64,000 bases of DNA from a virus: IMG/VR virus record IMGVR_UViG_3300005393_000308; one strand, 5' to 3'. Below, in pieces: positions 1 through 10,665 of the stretch (positions are counted from its first letter, which is position 1; each line of letters opens with the position of its first letter). The notes beneath the pieces were generated by a model that saw only the letters and a program-made list of their open reading frames with translations, did no database searches and was not told the origin of the DNA. A program made the translations under genes and the position numbers.

Positions 1-492
1 TAATGGGTATCTGTTATCTGATTCCGTCTTGGCATAAACATCGGTCTTTAGCGGGTACCTGCTGTCTGACTCTGTCTTTAAGTAAACACCAGCTAGCGGC
101 GCGAATTGCGCATCTACCTCTTCCTTGGTATAAGTACTTGTTTGGGTGGCGAACTTCTCGTCTGACTCCGTCTTGGTGTAAACATCGCCCTTCAGTGGAT
201 ATCGGGCATCTGATTCAGTTTTCTGATAGTAGATATTGTCGTGATCATGATTGGACAGGGCAAGGTCGGCAGACCGAAGGCCGCCGACCATTTCTGCGTT
301 AAGTCCTGATTGCAGTGTGCTGTCTTTTGACACATGTGTATTGGTGTCATTCTTATGTTCCTCCAGATCCTCGTTGCGACACAGCGTATCTATAATGTCC
401 CAATTTTCGTTGTAACTCTCCAATAGCGTCTGGCGTACAAAATCCTGTGATTCTGTTTTATTGAGGCCCAGACGTGAAGTTTTGACAGCCAT
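1..492 (-). CDS. Tail fibre protein, N-terminal part (runs off the left edge; absent from ORF track)
   Basis: ATG at 492 after GGAGG; 164 open codons MAVKTSRLGLNKTESQDF...; H-x-H (HDHD) and about five YxKTESDxRY-type 16-aa repeats typical of fibre shafts. Confidence 0.75.
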   Translation of the reverse strand, partial: MAVKTSRLGLNKTESQDFVRQTLLESYNENWDIIDTLCRNEDLEEHKNDTNTHVSKDSTLQSGLNAEMVGGLRSADLALSNHDHDNIYYQKTESDARYPLKGDVYTKTESDEKFATQTSTYTKEEVDAQFAPLAGVYLKTESDSRYPLKTDVYAKTESDNRYPL

Positions 493-511
493 AAAGCTCT
501 AGATCCTCCTC

Positions 512-3500
512 TTACAGCCATTCTGGCGGCGTTACGGCAAGCGCCGTAATATCGTATGTTCCAACGCGCTTAACGGTATAGTCCGCGGGAATATCCTGCC
601 AGCGGTTTTCAACCCGGGGTATAATATCAATCGTTTTATTGACATAGATCGGCACCGAGTATTTTATCTCCGGATGATCTGCCAGCCACACCTCTATAGT
701 ATCTATAAGGTTTTCTGTCAAAGGAGCAATATAAGCAAAGACAGCTTCACCGGACACATCTGTGAGGGCCTGTTTTTTAACAAAGGAACCATGTGTACAG
801 GAGGCCGCTAGTTTTATTTCAGGCACACCTACCGTGTTGTTTTTAATTACTGTTGCTATAATTGTTAACCCTTCGCCTGCCTGGACAGTATCTCTTTCTG
901 GTAAAACCGATAGAGTTAGGCGCGCCGGTGGCGGCAGTATTGTGAGAAAAACGGTACTACGTATATTCTCGTATATGCCGGTAATCTCCAGTTTACCGGT
1001 TATATATGGTGGACTGAGGTATGCCACAGCTCGTCCGTATTCATCGGTCTTGACGGCTATTGGCCCGTTGTCTCCGATAATGACTGCTACCATTTTCTCA
1101 TCCAGCGGCCTGCCGTTTTCTGAGCTTAATAAAACCTCGATTGACACCTGTTGCAGTGAGTCTTCTTCCACTATATCCGGCTTGACAGAGATATCTATTC
1201 TGGCAGGTTTGTCGTCGCTGCGGCTGAGTACTAGAAAGCCATCGCTGAACGGAGTAAATAGAGGGTTAAGGTTTAGTCCATCCCAGTAGTGTATTCCGTC
1301 TGTCGATGTTTCATAGTAAACATTGATGGTATCGCCCGGGTTAATTCTACCGCTGTGCACTAGAATTGTTGCCCCATCTTCAGGGTTATCCAAATCAACA
1401 ATGAAGGAGTCTATGAGTCTGTAGCGCACTTCCAGTTCGTCTGCCTGCATTAATTTGAAGGGTAGTCTCAGCTTCTGCCGGCATAACTGGAACCTGTATA
1501 CGCTAAACCAACTTGTACTCCCGGCAGGTTTTATATGGATCTGCAGACTTTCCGGATCGATATCGCGGTAAGCAAGATTGATGGTATCGCTGCCGTCTCC
1601 TTGTAATATTTCTACGTTTTCTATCGAGGGTCTGCCGTTGTCGTCAAAAAACGGGGCGTAACGCAGCGGTACACTATCTGCTGTTGTGACTGTTACAGGA
1701 GCCGGCCCTGCTGGTTTGGGATATACCACCGCTGTCCAGTCATCTCTAATAGTTACTATATTGGAGGTGACTGTTTTTCTTTCAGCCGTTCGGGCTTCTA
1801 TAAATCCCGTTCCTGCTGGGTCATACCTAATCTGTATGTCCTCGGGACCAATTATTTGTTTGACGATAACACATTCCAGCCGACCGTCCCCTTTATCCTT
1901 TTCGAACCATGGCGTATGTTTAGTCAGAATAGTGTAGATATCCTCATACCCGAGGGGATGCCAGTTGCCGTCTGTCTCTACAAAACCACTAACGACCGTA
2001 TCATATATCCTCCATTTGTGTGAGCATAAATCTTCTATCGTACTGTCCTCAAAGAAGCTTGGTATCGCAATGTGCGGAATATCTATCACACGTTCATCTT
2101 CGTCTGATACCACTATACCGCGTACTGCAACTGTTATATCAGTTAAGATAGACCTTGCAGGTTTTGGGGTGCTACCTGTACGACAACTGCCGTACAGGTA
2201 GCGTTCTTCCCCACGATAATAGTAAAATCCCGAAACAGAAGCAACCCGCCAGGGCATGGTGGTTTGGCTGAGACATTTCGCCGTTACAGTGATGCAGTAT
2301 ACTCCTTTATCATCCGCCGGCTCTACTTTATCGACAACAACTTCAACGCCAGGCTGTAACGACCGGCAGATATAATTCACATCACGTAGTATCCCGTCTC
2401 TTGCTGGATCGTATTCTATGTCATATGCTGGCGAAGGTACGGTGAGAATCGCTGAAACGGTCTCGCCAAACTGCACTTCCTGTGGTGTAGTGTAATAACA
2501 TTGAGTCCCGTACCACTGTTTGCCTATTTCTTTTACGATCAGCTTTCTGCCGCTGATAATCAGTTCATCTGATTGATCTGCAGTTTGTTGTCTGCCGCTT
2601 CCGGCAAAATATGCCTCTATATTATCGTCCGTTACAATTTCAAAGGTGAAGCTTTCCGGCCTTGCCCTGGGAGTTATGGGGACATCCACTTTTACGCGTG
2701 CTCTACCGTCTACATCAACCTCATGCCACGGCCCGGTATTGCTCCATGGTTTTTCGGCTACAACTGCGTGCGCGCCTACAATAATCTCATCATGGCCATC
2801 TGTTATGATTGCGATCCGGTCACGAGGCAGTTCTGCGCCTGTGCTACCCAGTATCGTATAAATATTGTCGTCGCCGCCAGGTTTTATCACAAAGACCGGG
2901 GCCGACATGTTGTTGCTTTCTGGTATGACCACAGACGGTACTATCGTCGCTGGCGATGAGGTTGTTGCGTATCCACTTAAGTTTTTCGCCAGCGTTGCTG
3001 TCGTGTGTCCAATGACTTCGTCATTGCCAGTAGTAGTGTCGCTGTCGCTGTTTCGCCACCCTACCTCTGTCTCCTGGGATTTTGTGATATCGCTTATCCG
3101 CCATGATGATGCCTCAGTTGGCTGGTTATCTTTGCCGAGCGGCTGAAGTTCTGAGGTCCTCACCAGTGTTACGGCTTCTTCATAGGCGTACAAATGTTTA
3201 CTGAAGTTCCAGGAGGTATAGTAGCGACTTGGCCTTGTGGGATATGCCAGTACCGGCGCGTTTCCGTCCGGATCTGTTTCTACTACCCCATCGTCGCTAT
3301 GGCTGACAGCTCTGTATTCCCTGATGGAATAGGCGGTTCCCGCAAACTCTGGAGTGCTGTCTATAAATGGCGCTAGCAGCTGTGCCGCCGTCTCCGATGT
3401 CACTGTCTGGGGCGCCTCGGCGGATGCGTGCTCGTCCAGTATTCCTGTGGAGAGATTGCCTGTTTTGACGGTCAGTGTGGCATACTTGGGTTTGTATGTT

Positions 3501-6500
3501 GTTGCCGAGATACTTGCACATAGGGGCGCCGAACCGTTGGTATTCGGCAACGCCGTAATACCCGCACTGGTGAAGATGGAGTACTCCATAAGGGTACTTC
3601 CGGTTAGTCCCATCTTTCTTGCCTGCAGCTCTACTTCCGGGCAGGCAATATAACTCAGGGTGTTGCCCGTAATGTTCCATACCGTATTTGGACCGCTTAA
3701 GGCACAGGAACCTGATATAACCTGCCATACCTTGCTTAAGGCATTGCCGTTGCCGTCTATACCGTCTAACCTGCACCAGGCGCTCCAGCTGCCTGCAACC
3801 GGTGTGTCGCAGGTGTTGGCCATTCTTGTTGAGTGAGCATAGATATATCCTTCCGGCAGTGATAGTTTGAAGTTGGCAAAACACGCGCCTGCTTGAGACA
3901 TGGTGACTGGTCCAAAGCTGCCCTGTGAAATAGAACTATCCTCTACATCGCACTGAAGCATATTATTTACCCAGACACAGATGCGCTGTTGGAAAACCTC
4001 AACCTTAATCCTGTACCGCTGGTTCCATGTCCACGGATGCGGGTGAAATCCTGTCGCGAGTACTGTCTGCTGGCCGTTGACCATTTTGGCTAACTGCATG
4101 TGCGTGGGGAAGCTCAAGCCGCCGTTTACCGAACCATTATCTATCATGAAGTAGTAGAAGTTCTTTTTGTCCTGCCAGCGGAACGCTATGCCGATACCGT
4201 CGTCGTCGCCGGTGATGTTTACCCATGCTTCAGCCTCAACTGTGTAATCCCTTAAACCGAGGAAAGCATTAGGACAAAGCCCACTGAAGCCGTTCTGGTT
4301 GGCGTTATTGACCAGGGTTCCCGTAGTCTGATCATATATCCATGATCCCCTGTTGCTTGTGTCGGTGTCCCACTGGGACCACTCACCCCAGTCGCTCCAT
4401 CCGCCGGGCGAGCCAATATATGCCGCCACGCCCCTGGTTTGACCTTCCACACGGCAAGCGGTAAGGTCAAGCAGACCATAGTCTTTTTCATACCACGCTG
4501 CCATTCTGGCGTCCCGCGGCGGGGTGCTAGGTTGATCCGGCAGCCCGTAATACCACCACATACACTCATTCCGGCCATAGTTGCCATTGCCGCGCAGTAT
4601 TGGATAGGCTGTTGATCCGTTTATTGTGACCGCAAGCTCACAATCGAAACATCCTGCATCACCACCAGTGTTTTTATACCCATTGTCTACCAGCACCGCT
4701 ATCCTGTTCCTGCCTGCAGTAAGATACTGTGCAATGTCATAGGTGTAATCCCAGTAGTGCCAGCCGTGAGCATCGCTGGTTTTATCGGCTATGAGCATAC
4801 CGTTGACATATAAAGCCATGCCGTCGTCGCTGGCGATATAGATAGTAGCTGATGTGGGAGCTGTTTCCAGGTAAACGTCCTTGATAAAACAGGCTGTCGA
4901 TGGCGCAACCTCTAACACCCCGGCCGTATGTACACCCTGCTTAAAACCGTTAAACGGGGTGGAACCAAAGCGCCAACCCAGGCTTGTGAGGCACCTGAAT
5001 TCACTGAGCGGCCTGTGGCCTGCCGGTACAGCGGCGGCGGCAATAGTTGAAGCCGGCTGCGACGAAACAAGAAGTGGATTGGTGGTGGTGTGGTTTCCAT
5101 TTACTGTCCCTGATACTCTTGTCCGATGCTGCGTTAGCAGAGTATTATAGTCGCTTCTGTACCACCGTATGAAATCAAAACCATTGGGCGAGCAGGTAAA
5201 TACATTGAGAGCGCCGCCGCTGGTAACCCAGTATTTGACCGGCATTGCGCTTATTACCTTGGGGTTGCCTGTCTTAAATGTGTTGATTACCTCTGCTATC
5301 AACTCGCTGCAGGTCTTGTTGCTTTTCATCGCTGTATCCGGCCCGATACAGCCTGCCGGCGCACTTATATTGAACGATGCAGTGGAGAAAGACTGTCTGG
5401 AGGTAGAGGTCAGAGTGCTGTACGCCACAATCTTCACGTCGCCATCGTCGCTAGCAAGGTTGCCATTGCTAAGTCTGGCATAGATGCCGCTTTTAAGTGA
5501 TGGTATAAACTTATAGGATGTTATCGTGTTATAACCAGAAGTCAGGAAATTGGTCGGTAAACCAGCCTGCCCGCTGGCTATGAAGTCGGATATAATCTGT
5601 GCTATAGTCTTTGAGTCTGCTTCGGTGTAACTATTGCCGTAAGGCGCTGTAGTTTGCAGCAGGCCCGTTCCGTTCTGGCCGCTTCCGAGTGTCGTCGTAA
5701 TCGTAACTCTTGCGCGGATGTTATTTACCAGCTGAGCCAGGTTGGCGCCCCAATCATTGTTACTGATACTTATAACAGCGCCTCCCGTAGCGTTGGCCAT
5801 ATCCGGGTATGGGTAACTGTCACTCAAGTTACAGATACAGCTAAAGACGGTATTGTTGTTTTTCAGCGTATTGATGACGTTGTTAATGTCGTAGGAGCTA
5901 CTATCATCAGCATCTTCGTCTGTGAGTATAACAAAATACTTTAATGCATTAGACCGAAAGCTGTAATTGTTTAACGCAAATAAGGTAGCACTGATACCAT
6001 TCTCGATACCGCCGGTAGTGGGTATCTGTACCATTGAGGCAAACTCACTGGCGCTGGTGGTCCAGTCGCCTGTGCTGCAGGTGCGCTTGCTTGCCGACGT
6101 TTCATAGCCGACAACTGCCAACCGGTAATCAATATTATTGCTGTTCAGGCTGTTTACAAACGAGGTGGCGTTGTTAGCTACCTTGTTCATATAGGAACCC
6201 ATTGAGCCGCTGTAGTCTATAATCCAGATAATGTCGACAAGGGCGCGGTACTGAGGGTCAGTGCTTTCGTAGGTAATTTCTACCTGGTAGTTAAACGGCG
6301 TGTCCTGACCATATGTGATGTCAGCTTCGCAGTGAACCTGATAGGCATCCTGCAAAGGCGCTGCAGAGGTGTTTTCCGCATACCCCACTATATCGGCCTC
6401 AAAAGGAATTTCCATGGTGTAGCAAGCCAGGTAGTCGACATCGACCTCGACATGGTACTCCACTTCGACCGGCTGGTGTACTTCGGCAGTTACCTTAAAC

Positions 6501-8452
6501 TCCACATCCTGCCGCGGCTGGGCACTGATTTCCAGCTCGTAGCGGCCGTAATCTATCTCGTGCTCTTCCGTTCCCTCTGCTAAAAAACGCACCCTGCAGT
6601 GAGCCGGCTCTTCTATCTCCACTTCCTTAACTGCAGTTCCCACGGCCTGCGCAACCAGGCTGATCTTTTCTCCGCCGTATTCCAGGCTGGTTTTCAGGTC
6701 ATCCTCATCGCCTATGCCGCTGGCAAATCCCTCGATATACCGCGGTACAGGCGGTAGCTCCTCATACGGCACAATCTCAAAGTCGTCGCCCATTGTCACC
6801 GTGGCAGTGACCGGTATGCTCTTGCGACCTGTACTATCCTCGGCTACTAGGATACGGGTATAAGTTTTACCGGGCTCCAGTTCGTACTCGATGTAACTAC
6901 GTCCTGTGCCGTCTACTGTGGCTATAATGTCACCGGTTATGTCAAGCAGGATGAAGCGCGCCGCTTTCCCCTCGTATTCCCAGTTCCAGCGGGCTACCTT
7001 CTTGCTTAGGGCTTCGCCGGTGAAGTTATACGGCATGGACACTACATCGCGGTAGCCGCTTGGTGTTTCTATTGTGGCGAACACCGCCTCGCCGTAGAGC
7101 CCCTTCCTTACAGCCCTTAATCCTCTGGTATAGGAAGTGGCCGGCTTAAGCTTCTTCTCCTGATAACTTATGGTGCTAGCCGGTAGGCGTACTATCACAT
7201 TCCCGTCCTGGTCGATCAGTTCATACTCCTGGGCCAGCAGTACATTGCTCCATACCCAGATAATAGTGCTGGTGCCAGTAGCAAACCCGGTGAATACGGC
7301 GGGGCTACCCGGCCTGATTACTGGCACATAGACTGAAGCCTCTACCGGTGCTGACTCCCCGACACGGTTATACGCTACCAGCCGCCTGGTGACGGTGATG
7401 CCGTCGTCAACAATGAGTTCGCTGTACTGGGTGGAATTAGGAGGGAGCGAAGCCACCAGGTTGCCGTTTGTGTCGTACAGCTTGTACCCGTTTTCGATGG
7501 CCGTAACATCGCTCCAACTCCAGCGGATATAACCACTGTCCACGGTGCCACAGAAGTTGAGCGGGGCCTCCGGCGCTCTCGGGGCACTCTTCAGGTAGGC
7601 ATATGTATAATAGTTCCCGTACTGGGCGTAGACTACAGGCTCGCCCGTATCAAAGTACGTCTGGGCAAACGGGTCGACCGTCCTGGTCGTGTAGGCGTAG
7701 ACGATCAGCCCCTCCGGCCCCATGCCAAGCTCGCTGCGCTTCTGCGCGACCAGGTTGTACAGGAGATCGCGGGCGACAGTGCCGTTAACCAGTTTGCTGT
7801 TAGAAATGCTGTTGTTCTGCAGTTCCAGATAGTCGCTGAATTCTCTTGATATGTCAATTGCCTCAATAGCCTGTTCGTATACCCCGGCGAAACGGCCGCC
7901 CTTGTTTTTGCAGACCACTATGCCATAAGAGCCGCTGCTGATATAATCTACTGCGTCTGTGTAGTTAAACACCACTGCCCCGTTTATGCTGACCACAATC
8001 CTGTTGCCGGACAGCTCTATGGAGATCATCTGCATGTAGCCGCCGGGCAGCTCGCCGGCGTTTTCAGCCAGGATCTGGGGCACGCCACCGCGCACCTTGA
8101 CGAGGCGCTGTTTCCTCTCCCATCCGAGCGTGTTCTGGTCCCACATGAAGTAGTAGTAGTTGTTTTTGTCATAGACCCTGAAGCACACGCCGATGCCGCC
8201 AGAGGCAACCTGCGGGGCTATGACCGGCACGGTAAAGCTGTAGTCAGCCGCGGCCTGCATGCCGGGACGGTAAAACCCGGCCACCGCTGGCAGGTCGTTC
8301 ATGCAGGCCAGCCAGCCCTCCTGGTCGACAGAAAACTGCGGCGTAACGGCGGAGAGTTTCGCCCAGGACGACAGTATATCGGAGGGCGTTCCGTAGCACT
8401 GCCCCATGTGGTAGCACTTTGCGGTTATGTTGTAATTGAATGTATAGCTCAT
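512..8452 (-). CDS. Giant multidomain baseplate/adhesin protein (ConA-like lectin x2, FN3 x3, VWA, PA14-like jelly roll, C-terminal Ig-like)
   Basis: 2646 aa; MIDAS DYSGS plus ILTDED; FN3-like IRWSWSDV..ENGYKL repeats; SDDGMALYVNG; DDDGIGIAFRWQDKKNFYYF; located after baseplate genes. Confidence 0.75.
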   Translation of the reverse strand: MSYTFNYNITAKCYHMGQCYGTPSDILSSWAKLSAVTPQFSVDQEGWLACMNDLPAVAGFYRPGMQAAADYSFTVPVIAPQVASGGIGVCFRVYDKNNYYYFMWDQNTLGWERKQRLVKVRGGVPQILAENAGELPGGYMQMISIELSGNRIVVSINGAVVFNYTDAVDYISSGSYGIVVCKNKGGRFAGVYEQAIEAIDISREFSDYLELQNNSISNSKLVNGTVARDLLYNLVAQKRSELGMGPEGLIVYAYTTRTVDPFAQTYFDTGEPVVYAQYGNYYTYAYLKSAPRAPEAPLNFCGTVDSGYIRWSWSDVTAIENGYKLYDTNGNLVASLPPNSTQYSELIVDDGITVTRRLVAYNRVGESAPVEASVYVPVIRPGSPAVFTGFATGTSTIIWVWSNVLLAQEYELIDQDGNVIVRLPASTISYQEKKLKPATSYTRGLRAVRKGLYGEAVFATIETPSGYRDVVSMPYNFTGEALSKKVARWNWEYEGKAARFILLDITGDIIATVDGTGRSYIEYELEPGKTYTRILVAEDSTGRKSIPVTATVTMGDDFEIVPYEELPPVPRYIEGFASGIGDEDDLKTSLEYGGEKISLVAQAVGTAVKEVEIEEPAHCRVRFLAEGTEEHEIDYGRYELEISAQPRQDVEFKVTAEVHQPVEVEYHVEVDVDYLACYTMEIPFEADIVGYAENTSAAPLQDAYQVHCEADITYGQDTPFNYQVEITYESTDPQYRALVDIIWIIDYSGSMGSYMNKVANNATSFVNSLNSNNIDYRLAVVGYETSASKRTCSTGDWTTSASEFASMVQIPTTGGIENGISATLFALNNYSFRSNALKYFVILTDEDADDSSSYDINNVINTLKNNNTVFSCICNLSDSYPYPDMANATGGAVISISNNDWGANLAQLVNNIRARVTITTTLGSGQNGTGLLQTTAPYGNSYTEADSKTIAQIISDFIASGQAGLPTNFLTSGYNTITSYKFIPSLKSGIYARLSNGNLASDDGDVKIVAYSTLTSTSRQSFSTASFNISAPAGCIGPDTAMKSNKTCSELIAEVINTFKTGNPKVISAMPVKYWVTSGGALNVFTCSPNGFDFIRWYRSDYNTLLTQHRTRVSGTVNGNHTTTNPLLVSSQPASTIAAAAVPAGHRPLSEFRCLTSLGWRFGSTPFNGFKQGVHTAGVLEVAPSTACFIKDVYLETAPTSATIYIASDDGMALYVNGMLIADKTSDAHGWHYWDYTYDIAQYLTAGRNRIAVLVDNGYKNTGGDAGCFDCELAVTINGSTAYPILRGNGNYGRNECMWWYYGLPDQPSTPPRDARMAAWYEKDYGLLDLTACRVEGQTRGVAAYIGSPGGWSDWGEWSQWDTDTSNRGSWIYDQTTGTLVNNANQNGFSGLCPNAFLGLRDYTVEAEAWVNITGDDDGIGIAFRWQDKKNFYYFMIDNGSVNGGLSFPTHMQLAKMVNGQQTVLATGFHPHPWTWNQRYRIKVEVFQQRICVWVNNMLQCDVEDSSISQGSFGPVTMSQAGACFANFKLSLPEGYIYAHSTRMANTCDTPVAGSWSAWCRLDGIDGNGNALSKVWQVISGSCALSGPNTVWNITGNTLSYIACPEVELQARKMGLTGSTLMEYSIFTSAGITALPNTNGSAPLCASISATTYKPKYATLTVKTGNLSTGILDEHASAEAPQTVTSETAAQLLAPFIDSTPEFAGTAYSIREYRAVSHSDDGVVETDPDGNAPVLAYPTRPSRYYTSWNFSKHLYAYEEAVTLVRTSELQPLGKDNQPTEASSWRISDITKSQETEVGWRNSDSDTTTGNDEVIGHTTATLAKNLSGYATTSSPATIVPSVVIPESNNMSAPVFVIKPGGDDNIYTILGSTGAELPRDRIAIITDGHDEIIVGAHAVVAEKPWSNTGPWHEVDVDGRARVKVDVPITPRARPESFTFEIVTDDNIEAYFAGSGRQQTADQSDELIISGRKLIVKEIGKQWYGTQCYYTTPQEVQFGETVSAILTVPSPAYDIEYDPARDGILRDVNYICRSLQPGVEVVVDKVEPADDKGVYCITVTAKCLSQTTMPWRVASVSGFYYYRGEERYLYGSCRTGSTPKPARSILTDITVAVRGIVVSDEDERVIDIPHIAIPSFFEDSTIEDLCSHKWRIYDTVVSGFVETDGNWHPLGYEDIYTILTKHTPWFEKDKGDGRLECVIVKQIIGPEDIQIRYDPAGTGFIEARTAERKTVTSNIVTIRDDWTAVVYPKPAGPAPVTVTTADSVPLRYAPFFDDNGRPSIENVEILQGDGSDTINLAYRDIDPESLQIHIKPAGSTSWFSVYRFQLCRQKLRLPFKLMQADELEVRYRLIDSFIVDLDNPEDGATILVHSGRINPGDTINVYYETSTDGIHYWDGLNLNPLFTPFSDGFLVLSRSDDKPARIDISVKPDIVEEDSLQQVSIEVLLSSENGRPLDEKMVAVIIGDNGPIAVKTDEYGRAVAYLSPPYITGKLEITGIYENIRSTVFLTILPPPARLTLSVLPERDTVQAGEGLTIIATVIKNNTVGVPEIKLAASCTHGSFVKKQALTDVSGEAVFAYIAPLTENLIDTIEVWLADHPEIKYSVPIYVNKTIDIIPRVENRWQDIPADYTVKRVGTYDITALAVTPPEWL

Positions 8453-9549
8453 TTGACACCACCAGAAAGATTAACAAACCCGCTTACGTCAGCGTCATAC
8501 ATGTTCGGCAATAGGCTGTACCCGCCGCTGTCCCAAAACGCGTCGCCCCAGACGAAGTGATCCCACTTGACGGGGGCCAGGCGGTCGATCTGCTCCTTCA
8601 GAGCCACCGCTTCCTCTGTTGGAAAACCTTCCTGATCAAACAGATAAGAACTTACCCACGGGTCAGAAACATCCCAAAGCTGGTGGACCCTTATACCGTA
8701 GGCATAGGCAACAGTCCGCTGTCTGCCGGCGTACTCGGCATGGCCGCGAAGTCCCACCTGCCCATTGGGACCGGTTATAATATCCTCCTCCGCAGCCAGC
8801 TCCCCGTCAACCATTATTGTCTCCGTATTCACGTGCTTGTGCGGGACAATGAAGTCCTGCGCTCCATCGTGCCAGGTAAATGTCTCAAATAACCCAAGCT
8901 CTTTAGCCAGGGCTCTGACGTATCCCCGTAACGACGCGTCCCCGCCCAATCTAGACGCCGCCACGAGGCGCAACTTGTATGACTCGTTGTCCTCGCCGGG
9001 CAACCGCGGAGTATTCAGTAGAATGCCCAGTTCATCAAAGGTGTTCCATAAAGGCTGGCGGTGCAGGGGCGCCTTAAATTGTGCAATTATCTCTCCCTTG
9101 CTGTTGCCTACTGTAACCTCTACGTAACCGCAGTCATCATTTGAGGCATTGTAGGCCCGACGCAGGTAGATGCTCCTGTCGTCCGGGTCCAGGTAGCCAA
9201 TATCATGCTGGTAGAGGTGCGGCACGCCGAGTTCCGGGACTGGAGCGGTCAAGAACGCGAAGATGTCGTCGACGAGCACGATTACCCGGCCCTCGCCGGC
9301 GACCCTGACACTGTTGTCGCTCTCAAAACATATATAAGGAAGCCTGGCCGCATAACACTCATAAGGCTGCCGCAGGTCGGCCGTCTGGAGATAGCGGTTT
9401 TTGAATACGTACCTGCTTATTTCCTGCGCCTCGTCGAAGTTGCGCCCGATGACTTCGATCAGCTGCCAGCCGACGCTGGCCTTGTCGTAGCGCATCCTGA
9501 ACCATGCGGGCAGTTTGTCTCTTATCTGCTGTGCAGCCTTGCTGGGCAT
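8449..9549 (-). CDS. Baseplate wedge/tail protein
   Basis: 366 aa; DELGILLNTPRLPGEDNESYKLRL resembles the RLSGESDSEYRYRI motif of the baseplate J-like gene; ATGA-type overlap with next gene. Confidence 0.6.
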   Translation of the reverse strand: MPSKAAQQIRDKLPAWFRMRYDKASVGWQLIEVIGRNFDEAQEISRYVFKNRYLQTADLRQPYECYAARLPYICFESDNSVRVAGEGRVIVLVDDIFAFLTAPVPELGVPHLYQHDIGYLDPDDRSIYLRRAYNASNDDCGYVEVTVGNSKGEIIAQFKAPLHRQPLWNTFDELGILLNTPRLPGEDNESYKLRLVAASRLGGDASLRGYVRALAKELGLFETFTWHDGAQDFIVPHKHVNTETIMVDGELAAEEDIITGPNGQVGLRGHAEYAGRQRTVAYAYGIRVHQLWDVSDPWVSSYLFDQEGFPTEEAVALKEQIDRLAPVKWDHFVWGDAFWDSGGYSLLPNMYDADVSGFVNLSGGVK

Positions 9550-9564
9550 ATACTGCTACCTTCC

Positions 9565-10119
9565 TTATATGATGTAGTTTACTTTGATGACTGCGCCGAC
9601 CGGCGGCGGCTCGTTGAAGATTATCGTGCTGCCGTCAACTATATAGTCATTGTCCGGGCCCGGGCTCAGGACAATACCGTTCATGATCACCTGCACGGAA
9701 CCAATCAGCGGCAGGCGGTTTAAAGTGAAGTATCTGTTTGTGCCGTCCACTGCCCCGCCGGGTACTTCGTTCCAGATGTGGGTGTGGTTGACGGCAACAG
9801 ACATGCCGCTGCCCGCTCCTTCTATCCTGAATATTACCTCCGTCCCGGCCGCCAGCGGCTCGTTGAACATGATGGTCGTACTGTTGAGCTCGACGTAGCC
9901 GCCCACTTCGCCGGGTTTTTGGAGCATGCCGTCGACGTAAACCTGGAGCTGCCCTGTGCCGGTACGGAAACTCTTGTTTACCGTGAATACCTGCTGCCCC
10001 TCGGTGGCGACGGCCTCCTGGTAAAACGGCACGCTCATTGCCTGCAGTTGCTCGCTGAAGTCACTGTAAGATATATCTGTCGCGCCAATCCGGTAGACCG
10101 GTATCTTGCTGGTTGGCAT
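9565..10119 (-). CDS. Virion structural protein with two tandem beta-sandwich modules
   Basis: 184 aa; two repeats LQVYVDGMLQ..FNEPLAAG / VQVIMNGIVL..FNEPPPVG. Confidence 0.55.
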   Translation of the reverse strand: MPTSKIPVYRIGATDISYSDFSEQLQAMSVPFYQEAVATEGQQVFTVNKSFRTGTGQLQVYVDGMLQKPGEVGGYVELNSTTIMFNEPLAAGTEVIFRIEGAGSGMSVAVNHTHIWNEVPGGAVDGTNRYFTLNRLPLIGSVQVIMNGIVLSPGPDNDYIVDGSTIIFNEPPPVGAVIKVNYII

Positions 10120-10144
10120 TTAGTTGTCACCCCACTACTCACTG

Positions 10145-10321
10145 TTAGCTCTGCGGTATTATTTCTATCTGGCTATCATCGGCGCCCATGACTAACTTGA
10201 GGAACTCGATGCACTCATCCGTGGATGCGAAGTCGGTACCCGTAAACGGATTAAACAACCGTGCTCGCTTCTCCGAGCAAGGCATAAGCGGCTTCTTTCT
10301 CTTGTCCAGCACAAAAACCAT
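10145..10321 (-). pseudogene. IscB N-terminus (22 aa) fused in frame to 36 aa of a non-IscB, presumably phage, ORF
   Basis: ATG 10321: MVFVLDKRKKPLMPCSEKRARL (PLMP motif) then FNPFTGTDFASTDECIEFLKLVMGADDSQIEIIPQS*. Confidence 0.8.
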
Positions 10322-10665
10322 GTTCCTTCCCTTCCTTTCGGAACCCCTTACGGGGCCAGTGACGGGTCCAGGCGGACTCTCCTGGACCGCTCCCCTCGCC
10401 AATGTCGCCAGCCGGTCATCTGCTCCGGCCCGTTTCGCCCACACCCCAAAGGTTGTCTGCAGCCGTAGCTTCCAGGGTCCGGGACTGGGGAAGCATCCCG
10501 GAGTGGGTCTTTAGCCTGCCAGCAACATAGCGACTTCCTTGTCTTGTCCTTCGGCTCAGCCGCTTAGGCTGGTCATAGACAGGCTTGCGGGGTCATCCCA
10601 GCAAGCCCCCGGCTTTAGCCGTGGGGTCTATGACAAGCCTCGGACTTCAGTCCAGGGTGATTGAC
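10256..10665 (-). mobile_element. Truncated IscB-type IS200/IS605 element with two stacked left ends
   Basis: GTCAATCACCCTGGACTGAAGTCCGAGGCTT (10665-10635) directly followed by GTCATAGACCCCACGGCTAAAGCCGGGGGCTTG; right end missing. Confidence 0.85.
10322..10634 (-). ncRNA. Orphan HEARO/omega RNA
   Basis: Shares GTCATAG..CTATGAC pairing, CCAGCCT, CTGAGCCGAAGGACAAG, GCTA.GTT and TTGGCGAGG blocks with the omega RNA at 43041-43302; lies directly upstream of an iscB start. Confidence 0.75.

Noticed and set aside
10600-10665. CRISPR-like mini array from two tandem palindromes
   Set aside because: The two units differ in sequence, have no spacer between them and match IS200/IS605 left ends; no cas genes.
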